A program made the translations under genes and the position numbers. From Octopus sinensis (lineage: Eukaryota): a DNA stretch of 41,225 nt. The stretch lies in assembly GCF_006345805.1 (NCBI RefSeq), contig NW_021831674.1, positions 1-41,225 on the forward strand. Direction: 5' to 3'. The notes under the pieces are model-generated. The model was not told the origin of the DNA. It worked only from the letters and a program-made list of their open reading frames with translations, and did not search any database. Of this stretch, positions 24,938 through 37,160 are shown one piece after another; position 1 is the first letter of the stretch; every line of letters begins with the position of its first letter.

Positions 24938-25790
24938 TGCATATTTATATATATTATATATATATATATTATATATATATATATATATATGCATATTTAT
25001 ATATATATATATGCACACATTTTATAAATGATGTATGCGTGTACTGTATATGTTTTGGTTAGTCATTCTATTCCCGTCTTCGAATCTATGATGATAATGC
25101 TTATGATGTCATGATGATGATAATGACGATAATGGCGACGACGGCGGTGAGGATGCTGGTGATGACTCCCATCATCATCGTCGTCGTCATCGACGTCATC
25201 ATCATCATCGTCATCATTATCTCTTCGGTACTCGTGATCGTCATCTTTGTCATAAAAATCTCCGTTCATATTCTTCCTCTCCACCTCCTCTCTTCCTCTT
25301 CTTAACCGTCTTTATGCACACACACTCACACACACACACACACACACACATGCATACGCACGCACAAACATACAGACACACATTCGCATAGGCATTCACC
25401 CACACAAACATACATGCATACGCACTCACACATCTATAAGTATGTCCTTATTATCTATACTACTACTACTACTACTACTAGTATAGTAGTTGTAGTTGTA
25501 GTAGTAGCATTGCGGGTGACTGTGGTGATAATGATGTTATGGTTACAGTGGTGGTCTGGCAGTAAGTACTGCAGTGATGCAAGTATAAATGTCCCTTTCT
25601 TTTTAATTCAATGTTACAGTACTTTCTCCACGTTCAGCGTTCAAATTCAGCTCAAGTCGAGAAAATATTTGTTGTTGTTGTTCATTGATTCACGTCCCAT
25701 AAAATACAATAGAGAAGATAATATTTTGCTGGAATTTGAATTCCAGCATCAATATCCCCGATACAGCTTATTCATGCAAAAATTTAACTA

Positions 25791-25941
25791 CAATATTAAC
25801 TCGTGTACAAGTCGCATTATTGTACACGTGATTTTCACTGAAAAATAAAAAAAAAATGGGGTGCGGCTTATAGACGGAGCAAAGCTAAATTAGGGGTGCG
25901 GCTTATATATATGAGTTCAACTTATACACAAGTAAACACGG
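25791..25941. mobile_element. pogo-like MITE
   Basis: Imperfect TIRs caatattaactcgtgtacaagtcg / caacttatacacaagtaaacacgg, TA flanks, internal ggggtgcggcttata twice. Confidence 0.6.
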
Positions 25942-26214
25942 TAATTTTTATTTTCAGACCCGAAATCAACTATAATCAAGTAGTCTTAGAAGCAAAGGCC
26001 TTCCGGTTCTCACCAACCGTTATTTTAGATAGATACTTTATCTAGTAAGACATTTTGCAATGCCTCTTTCCTTTAAGAGAATAGTGTGCGATTTGAGTGA
26101 TATTTAGCTGCAGGTTATGTGACCAAATAGAAGCTTCCTTTTTAACATAGAATTACTACGGGTTTCATTTAACAAGATTATTATTCAGTGATGATAATAA
26201 TCAATAAATATTGG

Positions 26215-26395
26215 TTTTAAGTTTTGGCACAAGGTCAGCAATTAAGGAATAAGGGGTACGTCGATTACACCGACCCCGAAATGATGTAAGGCAAAGTCGG
26301 CCGAGACGGAATTCGAACTTAGAACGTAAAGACAGACGAAATATAGCAAAACATTTTGCCCGTCGAGCAAATGGTTCTGCCAGCTCGCCGCCCTA
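26215..26395 (-). mobile_element. SINE family A, internally deleted
   Basis: Reverse complement: ggcggcgagctggcagaacc..gttctaagttcgaattccgtc. Confidence 0.75.
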
Positions 26396-26661
26396 TAACC
26401 AGTAAATAATGAGATCAGAGTACAACAGACAATTAAAACATAGAGATAAGCACATACAGAGGAAGAGTTAAGAAGGGTGTGAGACAGAAAGAGTGAGAAC
26501 GAAGGCTCTCTTGCATTCATCCCTTAACAATACGCCACTGGAAGAAAGATCAACTTGCTGTTGCCTTGTCTGTATAGTTTAAAGGTCTACGTATCTACGT
26601 TGGCTCATTGTTGATTGATCAGGTATATCTGTGGGCAGAGTGATTAACAATCACATACATA

Positions 26662-27065
26662 TATACGACGGGCTTCTTTCAGTTTCCGTCAACCAAATCC
26701 ACTCACAAGGTTTTGGTCGGCCCGAGGCTATAGTAGAAGACACTTGCCCAAGGTGCCACGCAGTGGGACTGAACCTGGAACTATGTAGTTAGTAAGCAAG
26801 CTACTTACCACACAGTCACTCCTACGCCTATATGATGCGCATGTGTGCATCTTTGTTTTCTGTCTTTTTAGCTCATAAACGCTTGACAACTAAAGTTGGT
26901 GTGTCTACATCCCTGTAACTTACCGGCTCAGCAAAAGAAAACGATAAAATGAGGCTTGAAGGGGAAAATGTAATGGAATCGAATCGTTCAGCTGACAGAA
27001 ACCTTCAAGACAGTGCCTCTGCATGGCCGCAGTCTACTGACTAAAACGAGTAAAGGATAAAAGAT
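26662..27065. mobile_element. SINE family B head (minus, 26662-26830) next to an older family B tail (plus, ~26880-27065)
   Basis: cgacgggcttctttcagtttccgtc..cttaccacacagtcactcctacgcc; then gcttgacaac..gcatggccgcagtc. Confidence 0.8.
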
Positions 27066-27580
27066 AAAACCATACAAACCGGTATCTGATAATAAAAAAG
27101 AAAGAGGATAAATAATAACGTAGTTAATATGAAAGATATACATAGGTAGAATAAGTTTACGAGGAGCATAGTATCACTAATAAAGAGTTAACAAGGGTAA
27201 ATGTCGTGTCCTAGTTGAGAGATCGATCAAAAATAAACAAACAATTGGAGATCTGTCATTAATATGATGAAAATCTATGTCAATAAACTCGGTGAAATCT
27301 GAACAAATTTATTGATTATTTTGCATTTTTCAATTCGTTGAAAGCACAATTCTTTCATTCTTTTCTTATGTTATTTATACGTGTTTTGTGTTGTTTTATG
27401 TAATGTAAATATTGGCTATCTATGGCAATTCTTTTATAGGATTTAATGTAGATATTTTGATAGCAAATTGTGCTACGAATATAAAAGACGTGCGAAGACA
27501 AAATGTGGGATTCACGTACTCCAATGCATATATATATATATCTATATATTATATATATATATATCTATATATATATATAG

Positions 27581-27940
27581 TAGTGAGGAAGAAATGGAGC
27601 TGAACGAAGATTTACAAAATTTCCTTTTTATTATTTCTACACATGTTTCAAAGGCTGCAAATTCCCTAATTCGGATTGATAAGGAGACCATTTTGCAGCA
27701 TTCTTCTTCAGGAAAATCCAGGTGCATTCTTACCATGGGCTCCTAGGGAGCGTTTGTTCGAAAAGCTTGCTGCGCATTTTTGTTTTGGAGATTTAAGTTC
27801 CTGGATTTTCCTGAAGAGAATGCTGCAAATGGTCTCTTATTCAATCCGAATTAGGGAATTTGCAGCCTTTGAAACATGTGTAGAAAATAATAAAAGGAAT
27901 ATTGTAAAATCTTCGTTCAGCTCCATTTCTTCCCTCACTA
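27581..27940. mobile_element. foldback element / MITE with ~140-bp inverted arms and a 77-bp spacer
   Basis: 27581-27722 is the reverse complement of 27800-27940, apart from small indels. Confidence 0.9.
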
Positions 27941-28096
27941 AATATAAAACTTTCAATTATCCGCACTAAGGCACGTTTGCAATACCCCAATGGTCGTAAC
28001 CTCAACCGTGATTTTTCTGTTGTGATTTTTGCTACCCAGGTATCGGTTATAATTTGAATAATCCGTAACAAGATAATTCATTTATCCATTTCATTA

Positions 28097-28194
<98 letters not shown>

Positions 28195-28254
28195 TTATGT
28201 ATAATGTGTATTTATATATACATATGTATATGTGTATGTGTGTGTACATATATT

Positions 28255-28668
28255 CTTTTATTCTTTTACTTGTTTCAGTCATTTGACTGTGGCCATGCTA
28301 GAGTACCGCCTTTAGTTGAACAAATCAACCCCAGGACTTATTCTTTGTAAACCTAGTACTTATTCTACCGGTCTCTTTTGCCGAACCGCTATGGTACGGG
28401 GACGTAAACACACCAGCATCGGTTGTCAAGTGATGGTGGGGGCACAAACACAGACACAGAAATACATAATTATATATATTTATTTATATATATTTAAATA
28501 TATATACGGCGGGCTTCTTTCAGTTTCCGTCTACCAAATCCACTCACAGGGCTTTGGTCGGAACGAGGCTATAGTAGAAGGCACTTGCCTAACTTACCAC
28601 GCAGTAGGACAGAACCGAAACCATCTGGCTGGGAAGCAAGCTTTTAACCACACAGCCACTTCTGTGCC
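28255..28668 (-). mobile_element. full-length SINE family B (head, microsatellite linker, tail)
   Basis: Both halves in the expected order. Confidence 0.85.
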
Positions 28669-28685
28669 TAAACAAAACACATACA

Positions 28686-29412
28686 CACAGGTTGCAGTGA
28701 ATATATTGTCGTTTAAATTACGCAAAAATGAAAATATCACTGACATCTCATTTTAACAGATATATATTTACCAAAATTTCAAAAGAATATTCTGAAATAC
28801 TAAAGATTAAATTTGTTCAAAAAATCGCCATTAGCTTTAATCTCGGCCACCAGACGACTTCGGAATCTCTTGTAACTTTTCGGACAATCTCCTTGTTTAA
28901 GTCGATGAACGCTGCCATAATTCTTACCTTCAGTTCATCTTTAGTGTTTCAAGGAGTTTTGTTAGTCACTCGCTCGACTGCGCTCCACATATTAATAATC
29001 AAGATGGATGCAGACTGGTGATTTAGATGGCTAGATGTTAGGGGTGATGTTGTCGCAGAAATTGTCTGACAGCCGTGTTAAGTCTGAGGGCGTGTGGGAA
29101 GATGAATGGAGGTATAATGTCATCGTCACTAGTGATTACTCCAAGCACCATGCTGTTGACTGGATGCTTTATTTTTATGACTTTCAGTACAAGTCCTCAG
29201 ATTGCATTGTCCTCAGATGGAGACTCAAATACTCTGAATTTTTCGTATTAAATGCTATGAAAATTTCGTATCCGGCGCGAATGCCAAGCAGTACAGCAGA
29301 ATTGCGTCATGGTGCAGTTTTTCTCACAGACGGTGCCCAGTTGATCCTACTATACTGTGTAGTAAACAAAATCAAAAACAAACGAAGTGCATGCGCGAAA
29401 TTAAAAATTTAC
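28686..29412 (-). mobile_element. internally deleted Tc1/mariner transposon (maT/DD37D-like WPPNSPDxNPLDY type)
   Basis: Minus-strand fragments MTQF/AVLLGIRAG, KHPVNSMVLGVITSDDDIIPPFIFP, I*PSKSPVCIHLDY..WSAVERVTNKTP*NTKDELKVRI. Confidence 0.8.
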
Positions 29413-29415
29413 TCA

Positions 29416-29622
29416 TCGACCTCTGTATCATTCGCCATGATAGATCGCTAGCCACTACACATTCTTTATTTTCTCTCCTTGTTTCTTTCTGTGTTTCTTT
29501 CTGTGGAAGAGCATAGGCTTGAAACGTTAACGACTTTTTCACTTCCTGGGCGTTAAACTAATACTCTGTTTGTTGTTACACTACCTGTCATCATCTTTTG
29601 CTTTTTTGTGAACTCTTTCCCT
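29416..29622 (+). mobile_element. PLE-terminus-like module with hammerhead-like motif at 29496-29533
   Basis: tcttt-CUGUGGA-a-gagc(atag)gctt-GAAA-CG-UU-aacga; runs into (TA)n; same family as 33385-33590. Confidence 0.6.
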
Positions 29623-29639
29623 ATATATATATATATATA

Positions 29640-29674
<35 letters not shown>

Positions 29675-29676
<2 letters not shown>

Positions 29677-29830
29677 TAAATTAGAGACAAAACCACTATT
29701 AGGCAAATCAAACAATGAAAACTTAAGCCAATACATATTATTATTTAATTCATATTATTTAAATATGTAACAAAATTATTAAAAAATATAATTAATTTCA
29801 CACTACGATCGTTTCATGCCTGCTAACTTC
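29675..29830 (-). mobile_element. short PLE-terminus-like remnant carrying the 3' half of a hammerhead motif
   Basis: Minus strand GAAA-CGAUCG-UA-gugug (palindrome ACGATCGT at 29805-29812), flanked by (TA)n. Confidence 0.4.
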
Positions 29831-29832
29831 TT

Positions 29833-29872
<40 letters not shown>

Positions 29873-29955
29873 TTATGTATATACATTTATACATATGTAT
29901 GCATAGAGAAATACATACATAGATACATACATACATACATACATACATACATACA

Positions 29956-29987
<32 letters not shown>

Positions 29988-30099
29988 GGCTGCTTGAACT
30001 AGTAGTTTAAGATGCTAAACGCTAGATCGTGAGATCGACATTTCGATTCGCGCGATGCGTTGCATTCGTGAGCACGACACATCATTTCTGCAATCACTT

Positions 30100-30490
30100 C
30101 TGACATCTGACGCATAGTACACCGAACACCTGTATAGCAGGCATGGCTGATTTGATGGGAGGATTGATCTTATGTAATGCACAGATATTTGATCACCATA
30201 AAAAAATAAGCAAACATTTGTGCAGGTTATTCGGCAAGCATTTGCAAAATCCCCCTCTGTCATTTACCACAGGACAATCTGATCCACACCGACATATTAG
30301 CTCACGCCGTCCATCAAATCGACGCCGTCTGAACAGGTGCATGGTGTGGCACATATCAGGTGTTGAAGTGATCGCAGAGTAGCGCGAGAGGAAGTGCTTT
30401 TGCTCAAGACCACAACGCGAGTCAGAAACTGAAACCATGTTCTCACTATTGTAAATGTAACACCGTAACCACTCAGCTATTTGACCTCAT
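30100..30490 (-). mobile_element. decayed tRNA-derived SINE
   Basis: Reverse complement begins tagctgagtggttacggtg..ggtttcagtttc..ttgtggtcttgagcaaaagcactt; 3' boundary uncertain. Confidence 0.5.
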
Positions 30491-30524
30491 ATATATATCT
30501 GTGTGTGTGTGTGTAGTGTGTGAT

Positions 30525-30720
30525 AGTGTAAATTGTTGCTATTTCATACTTTTAATTTCGCGCATGCGCACTGTTTGCTTTTGATTTTGTCGATTACACA
30601 GTATAGTAGGGTCAGTTGGGCACCGTCTGTGCGAAAACAGCATTATGACGCTATTCACTCTGCCAGAAATTTGGAAATGATATGCTGTGCTGTTCGGCAT
30701 TCTCGCCAGAATTTCCAGTA
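30525..30720 (+). mobile_element. 5' end of a second copy of the same mariner family
   Basis: Inverted homologue of 29270-29410; reads MTLFTLPEIWK*YAVLFGILA. Confidence 0.75.
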
Positions 30721-30867
30721 TATATATATGCAATTTCACAAAAACTGGTTTCATGTGAAAGCTACCATAAACTTCACTCCCGGAGAGTACAGTCATGGTC
30801 GGGCCTGTATGATACACCGTCAGAACGATTGCGGGATAGTAGACGGCACACTGTACAATCCCATCTA

Positions 30868-31211
30868 AAGAGGTAAAGATTCTATCTGGTCATGAATGAC
30901 CATGGGATTGCAGCTAGAAAGTGACCCTCCAAGACACAAGTTCGGGCAAGATTGTTTATGGAAAACCAGCAGTCGCCCTTGCATACTAACCTCTCCACAC
31001 CACGCTCTCGATGTTATCCAAAGGAAAGGCGAAAACTGATACAACTTGGCAACAGTGGCGTCTTAACTCATTTCTACAACTGAATGAACTGGGGAAACGA
31101 GAATTAAAGTGTCTTGCTCAAGGACACAACACACAGCCCAGTCTGAGAACCGAACTCACTACCTCATGATCCTGAGTTGGACGCTCTAACTTCTGAGCCG
31201 TACGCCTTCAC
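30868..31211 (-). mobile_element. tRNA-derived SINE with an RTE-like tail
   Basis: Reverse complement: gtgaaggcgtacggctcagaagttagagcg..gagttcggttctc..ttgtgtccttgagcaagacact..cccatggtcattcatgacc. Confidence 0.7.
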
Positions 31212-31383
31212 ATTGTGAGTCCGACGTTCTAATCATTAAACCATGCGCCTTCATATAATGAGCCCGGCGTTCTAACTCCTGAGCCTTGCGTCTTCACATT
31301 GTGACCCCAATGTTCTAACCATTGAGCCATGCGCCTTCACATTGTGAGCTCAACGTTCCAACTACTGAGCCATACGCCTTCAC
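31169..31383 (-). repeat. 5 x 43-bp tandem repeat of the SINE 5' head
   Basis: Units start at 31169, 31212, 31255, 31298 and 31341; minus consensus gtgaaggcgcatggctcagtggttagaacgtcgggctcacaat. Confidence 0.9.
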
Positions 31384-31628
31384 ATCTAAGTAATGTATTA
31401 TTGGAGCATGACCTTATAGCAGTTCACATTTAAAACTTATGTTTATTAAATGCTATTTATCTCTCAATGAAAGGAGTACATTTTTGTTGATCCTGCCAAT
31501 AATGGAACAGTACACTGTGTATGTGTGTGTGTGTGTGCGTGTGTGTGTGTCTTTGAAGGGTCAAGGCTTTTCCATATTAAACATAGTACTCAGTACTTCA
31601 ATAAGTAGAGTTAAATATGTTTTTTTTT

Positions 31629-31743
31629 ATTAATGATGAGCTTGCAGAATTTGTTTTGACCTTAATTGGTCTCCTCAAAAGTAGACTAGTGGAGACCAAT
31701 TAGAGTCCAAATTAATCGATCATTTTCTAAGTTAATCATTAAT
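31629..31743. other. imperfect inverted repeat / hairpin
   Basis: taattggtctcc (31663-74) pairs with ggagaccaatta (31691-702); imperfect pairing extends out to attaatgat/atcattaat. Confidence 0.7.
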
Positions 31744-31757
31744 GTATGAGTATATAT

Positions 31758-31799
<42 letters not shown>

Positions 31800-31815
31800 A
31801 TGTATGATATATATA

Positions 31816-31859
<44 letters not shown>

Positions 31860-32174
31860 GTTTATATATAATATATATATGTAGTGATATATATATATCA
31901 CAAACATATATGCATACACTCACACGCACAGACACACACACTCATTATGGTCTGTTATCTGTAGCAGAACGTCTATACTAAGCAAATATTGATTCTAAAT
32001 ATCGATCCCACGATTGAAATGATCATTCCCATCTATAACGCATAGGAAAGTATGAACTTGTATAAAAACCATGCATACAGTACCACTACCAATACCACTA
32101 CCAACCACCACACCCACTACCACCGCCACCCCATCACCACTACCACGACCACACCTCCACCACAACCACCACCA

Positions 32175-32335
32175 CTGGCTTCTTTGAGTTTTCCTCGACC
32201 AAATCCACTCACACGTGTTTTACTCGGCCCACGCATCTAGCAGAAGATACTTGCCCAAGGTGCCAGGCAATACGACTGAATACAGAACCATACATTTGGG
32301 AAGTACACCTCTTACCACAGCGCCATGCCTGCACA
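32175..32335 (-). mobile_element. SINE family B head
   Basis: ggcttctttgagttt..caaatccactcac..acttgcccaaggtgcca. Confidence 0.75.
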
Positions 32336-32389
32336 TATACTATTTATAGTAATACATATAAAGTAATGTATAGAAATACATCAAAACTA

Positions 32390-32602
32390 AGGCTGTGAGC
32401 TGGCGGAATCGTTAACGTATCGGGCAAAATGCGTAGCGACGTTACACCCGTCCTAACGTTCTGAGTTCAAATTCCGCCGCGGTCGACTTCGCGTTTTATC
32501 CTTTCGCGGTCAATAAAATAAGTACTATCCGAACGTTGGGTTGATGTAATTGACTTTATCCCACCCCAAAGCCCGCCCCCTCTGTGCTAAAAATTGAAAC
32601 TA
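32390..32602 (+). mobile_element. SINE family A
   Basis: ggctgtgagctggcggaatcgttaacg..gttctgagttcaaattccgccgcggtcgac. Confidence 0.8.
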
Positions 32603-33004
32603 ATATATTTAAATATTTCAAGTGGTATTCATTTTCTCAAATCCAGAACGTTGAAAAGAAAAGTTGTCCTTGGCGGAATACGAAATCAGAACGAAAGAAG
32701 AACGCAACACAATATAGAGGGGAACAATTCTTGACACTCTAATAAATGATTCATCTACACTTTGCAGTTGCTTTTGATTTTAATTAATGAAGGTGCAGCC
32801 GTGGCTATAGGCGCAAGCGGCGGCTGTGTCGGAAGGAGCTTGCTCCCCAACCACATTGTTCCGAGTTCTGTCCCACCTTGGGCAAGTGTCTTCTACTGTA
32901 GCTTCGGGCCGACCAAAGCTTTGTGAGTAGATTTGAGAGACGGAAACTGAAAGGAGCCCATCTTATATATATATATATGTATATATAGTATTTAGTATGT
33001 GACC

Positions 33005-33210
33005 TCGTCTGTATCACTAGCGATTTTATTCCCCTGTCTTCCCTTCTCGGGATCTTTCCTTCTCGGGATCTTTCCTTCTCCTATGTTTCCGACGAAGAGC
33101 TCCGCTCGAAACGTCAACCCTCCTTCCTCCTTCTTTCCTGAGCGTCCGATAATATTTTATTTTTCCACGTCCTTGCGTTGTTGTTTTTTGTTTTGTTTTC
33201 TTGTTTGGAT

Positions 33211-33215
<5 letters not shown>
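33005..33215 (+). mobile_element. PLE-terminus-like module with hammerhead-like motif at 33085-33119
   Basis: gttt-CCGACGA-a-gagc(tcc)gctc-GAAA-CG-UC-aacc, followed by a U-rich tail and (TA)n. Confidence 0.6.
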
Positions 33216-33264
<49 letters not shown>

Positions 33265-33384
33265 ATATTTATATATATATATATATATATAAATATAAAA
33301 TATATATTATATATATTATATATATATTATATATATTATATATATATATATATATTATATATATATATATATATCTATATACAT

Positions 33385-33590
33385 ACAGTGAGAATTTACA
33401 AAAAAAAAGGCGAAGACGAGTGTGTAAACAACAAACAGATGTATTAGCTTAGCGCTCGGGAAGTGAGAAAGTCTTTTACGTTTCGAGCCTAAGCTCTTCA
33501 ACAGAAAAGAACACAGAAATAAACAGAGAGAAAATAAAAGAAAAGTTTTAGTGGCTAGCGATCTATGATGGCGAATGATAGATCGCTGTG
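33385..33590 (-). mobile_element. PLE-terminus-like module with hammerhead-like motif at 33472-33510
   Basis: Minus strand tctttt-CUGUUGA-a-gagc(uuag)gcuc-GAAA-CG-UA-aaaga. Confidence 0.6.
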
Positions 33591-34347
33591 TGAGTGTGTG
33601 AGTGTGTGTGTGTGTGTGTGTATTTGTGTGTGTGTGTGTGTATTTGTGTGTGTGTGTCTCCACCACCGCTTGACAACCGGGGCTGGAATGCTTATGACCC
33701 TGTAACTTAGCGGCTCGGCAAAACGTACCGATACAATACGTAGCAGGTGTTTAAAAAATAAGTACTGGGATCGATATATTCAAAAATAGTTCTTCAAGGC
33801 GGTGCCCCAGCGTGGCCGCAGTCTAATGACTGAAACAAGTAAAAGATACACATGCCATCGGTAATGGTGGCTTTTATATTGTTATCATTTCTTTTTCAAT
33901 ATATTTGTACAGCTGGCCTTAGGGTTTACTACAGTACAGAGAACCGCACTGTGGCTACTGGTGGTGGTCGTGATCGTGGTGATTTTGGTGGTAGTGGTAC
34001 AGTCGTTTCGTGAGTGTGTGTATATGTGAATATACAGGTTGGGAAAAGGTTTTCTCCTGTTGTTTTAGTGTTGACCTTCCGTCAACCTCATCTTCACAAA
34101 ATGTTTAATCAGCAGTGTTGATCTCACCTGTGAAGTTTCGGGTATATAGATGCAAATAAGTAATCACGTGGAAATTAGTATCTATGATATATAGACATGT
34201 ATATCTATGTGTATATATATATATATATAGATATATATATATATAAATATATATGTATGTATATATACATATATATGTGTGTGTGTGAGAGAGTGTGTAT
34301 GTGACTTTGTGTGGGATGTTTCTCTCTCATTCTCTTCATCAATCTAT

Positions 34348-34456
<109 letters not shown>

Positions 34457-34459
34457 GCC

Positions 34460-34865
34460 TGTCATTCACTTCACTGCGGCTGTGCTAGAGTACAATCTTG
34501 AAGGGATTTTATCGAATAAATCAACCCATACTTGAACTATTGATCTTTACCGAACCGCTAAGTTGCGGATTTGTAAACAAACTAGCACCGATTGTCAAGT
34601 AGTGGAGTGGGCAGGGCTGGGCGGTGGTACAAACACAAACACAAACATAGACGCGAAGACAAGGCGCACTTTCATGTATGAGTGTGTGGGTGCCTGTGCG
34701 ACAGGTTACCACACCGTTTCTGGCTACCGAATTTATTCGCAAGGCACACTTCAGCACAATGCTTTTCTGAAAGGCATCTGCATACGATGCCACGCTGTGA
34801 CACCGAACCCTAATTCCGTGGTTGAAAAGCGAGCATCTTAACCAGACAACGATGCTTGCATCTAG
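34460..34865 (-). mobile_element. old SINE family B copy
   Basis: Tail gtcattcacttcactgcggctgtgctagag..ccgaaccgctaagtt and an eroded head. Confidence 0.55.
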
Positions 34866-35491
34866 CGGATAGGTCATCACACCAAACAAAATTTGTCTCA
34901 GTCATGACAAACGTTAGGTAAACACCAACAGAATTACAATAGTTCGCTTCTCGCTCAGCACCCTGACTAAAGCTCTGTTTAATCATAAACCGAAATAAAA
35001 GCTATATGGAAAAATATAGCTCTTGATATAAACCGATGGGTTTGACACGATTGGAACGCTTTTCATATTAGTTCTTCGATCAAGACTGTTCCACCACTGC
35101 ACATCAATACTGAAGACTTCTTTGGGGAAATGGGAGATAGGCGATGAGCACGCGTGATTTGCTAGATATAGCAGCGAAAACACAACAGCATCATAAGCAA
35201 TGCATTCGAAAATATAATGAATATATACTGAAGAAATTGTGTATGTGTCTATATGAGTTCGTTATTGAGAGGGCGTGTGTGTGTGCTTGTGTGCGTCTGA
35301 GTGCGTGTGTTTGTGTATGTGGACATATATATGTGCATTTGCGCATATATATATATACACACATATATGCATATCTATCTGTCTGTTATATATTATCTAT
35401 CTATCTATTTATTCTATCTATCTATCTATCTGTATATATATAGATATATATATATATATATATATGTATGTATATATACATACATACATAT

Positions 35492-35525
<34 letters not shown>

Positions 35526-35534
35526 ATATTATAT

Positions 35535-35580
<46 letters not shown>

Positions 35581-35935
35581 CAGAGATTCATACATGCATG
35601 CGTTTATATGTCTGCATATGTATAGAGTAATTATACATTGAGGGCAATAAGTTACCCCAGGAGACACACTGCACTATCATAATATATAATTTAACAAGAA
35701 ATTCACAGATTTTAAAATCTATTGCTAAAATGCGCGGTTTATAAACTTGGCGTAGGGGGATATATTACATGGAAATGCCTATTTCAGTACACACACGTCC
35801 ACTACGTACATACAAGCGTATATACACACATACAAACACACGCGCACGCACACACATATACATACACATAAACATATAACATATACATACATATAGGTAA
35901 TAAAGTACATATAGATATGTATATCTACATATATA

Positions 35936-35979
<44 letters not shown>

Positions 35980-36002
35980 TAAGTATGTATATATATATAG
36001 TA

Positions 36003-36035
<33 letters not shown>

Positions 36036-36065
36036 TATATATATATACACACACACATACTATAT

Positions 36066-36096
<31 letters not shown>

Positions 36097-36449
36097 GCAT
36101 GCATGTATGTGTATATATGTGTGTGTATGCATGTATGTAGATATATATGTATTTATGTATGTATGTATGAAAATTCTTTCATCAATCGCTGTAAGCCTTA
36201 TGACATTATCTTCAGCAAAAATGTTATATTTTTTCCACCTCGTCTGCCTTAGAATCATTAAAACATTTAAATTGCGGGTGATTATTGTTTTCGACAAATT
36301 ACATGTTTGTTGTCGTTTTTTTTTTGTTTCTAGTATTTTCGATTAAATATTTTTATTTGTATTTTTATTTGTTTCTTATTCCACCACGCCTCCCCGTGTA
36401 TGTTAGATTAAGAAAATAACAATCAACAAAAACAAAAAAAAACGGTGAC

Positions 36450-37160
36450 AACGGTAGCAGTGGTAGCAGCAGTAGCTGCAGTAGTAATATCGACAACAGA
36501 AGTAATTAAGAACAATTTCGAACGGTACATTTAAAAGAAAAATTCGGTTTTAAGAATAATAATAATAATAATAATAATATGATGATGATGATGATAATAA
36601 TAATAATAATGACGACGACGACGATGATGATTATGATGATGATGATTCTGACGGTGGTGTTGGTGCTGGTAGTGATGATGATGGTAGCTGTGGTGGTGAT
36701 GGGTGCGATGATGTTGATAATGATGATGATGACGACGACGACCACGACGACCACGACGACCACGACGACGACCACGACGACCACGCGACGACGACCACGA
36801 CGACGACAATGATGATGATGATGATGAAGATGAAGAAGATCATGATCTTGATAACGATGATGATAATTATGGTTATTGAGATGATAGTGTTGATGGCGGT
36901 AGCAATGATGATAATGGTAATGGTGATGATGATGGTGATGATGATGATGATGTGGAGGAGGAGGAGGTGGAGGAGGAGGTGGAGGAGGAGGAGGAGGATG
37001 GTGATGATAATGGTGATGGTGATGACTAGCAGAACGTTGACAACAATGATTGCGTTGGCGATGATGATGTTGGCGGAGCTTGTGCGGATTATGAAGTTGG
37101 TGATGATGATGAGGAGGAGGAAGAGAATGAGGAGGAGGAGAAAGAAGAAGTTTGAGGAGG
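36450..37160. repeat. (GAT)n/(GAC)n/(GAG)n compound microsatellite
   Basis: Direct reading. Confidence 0.9.

Larger units (their letters stand above)
32790..33848 (+). mobile_element. SINE family B split by nested insertions (head 32790-32962, tail ~33655-33848)
   Basis: Head and tail share orientation and are separated by (TA)n, two PLE-terminus modules and (TG)n. Confidence 0.7.

Noticed and set aside
27468-27969. Mirror-image ORFs on both strands
   Set aside because: By-product of the inverted repeat.
31169-31383. CRISPR-like array
   Set aside because: Whole 43-bp units are homologous with no unique spacers, they derive from a SINE head, and the context is eukaryotic with no cas genes.
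35108-35162. CTGAAGA..GAAA possible hammerhead
   Set aside because: No convincing stem I, stem III or GUH geometry.
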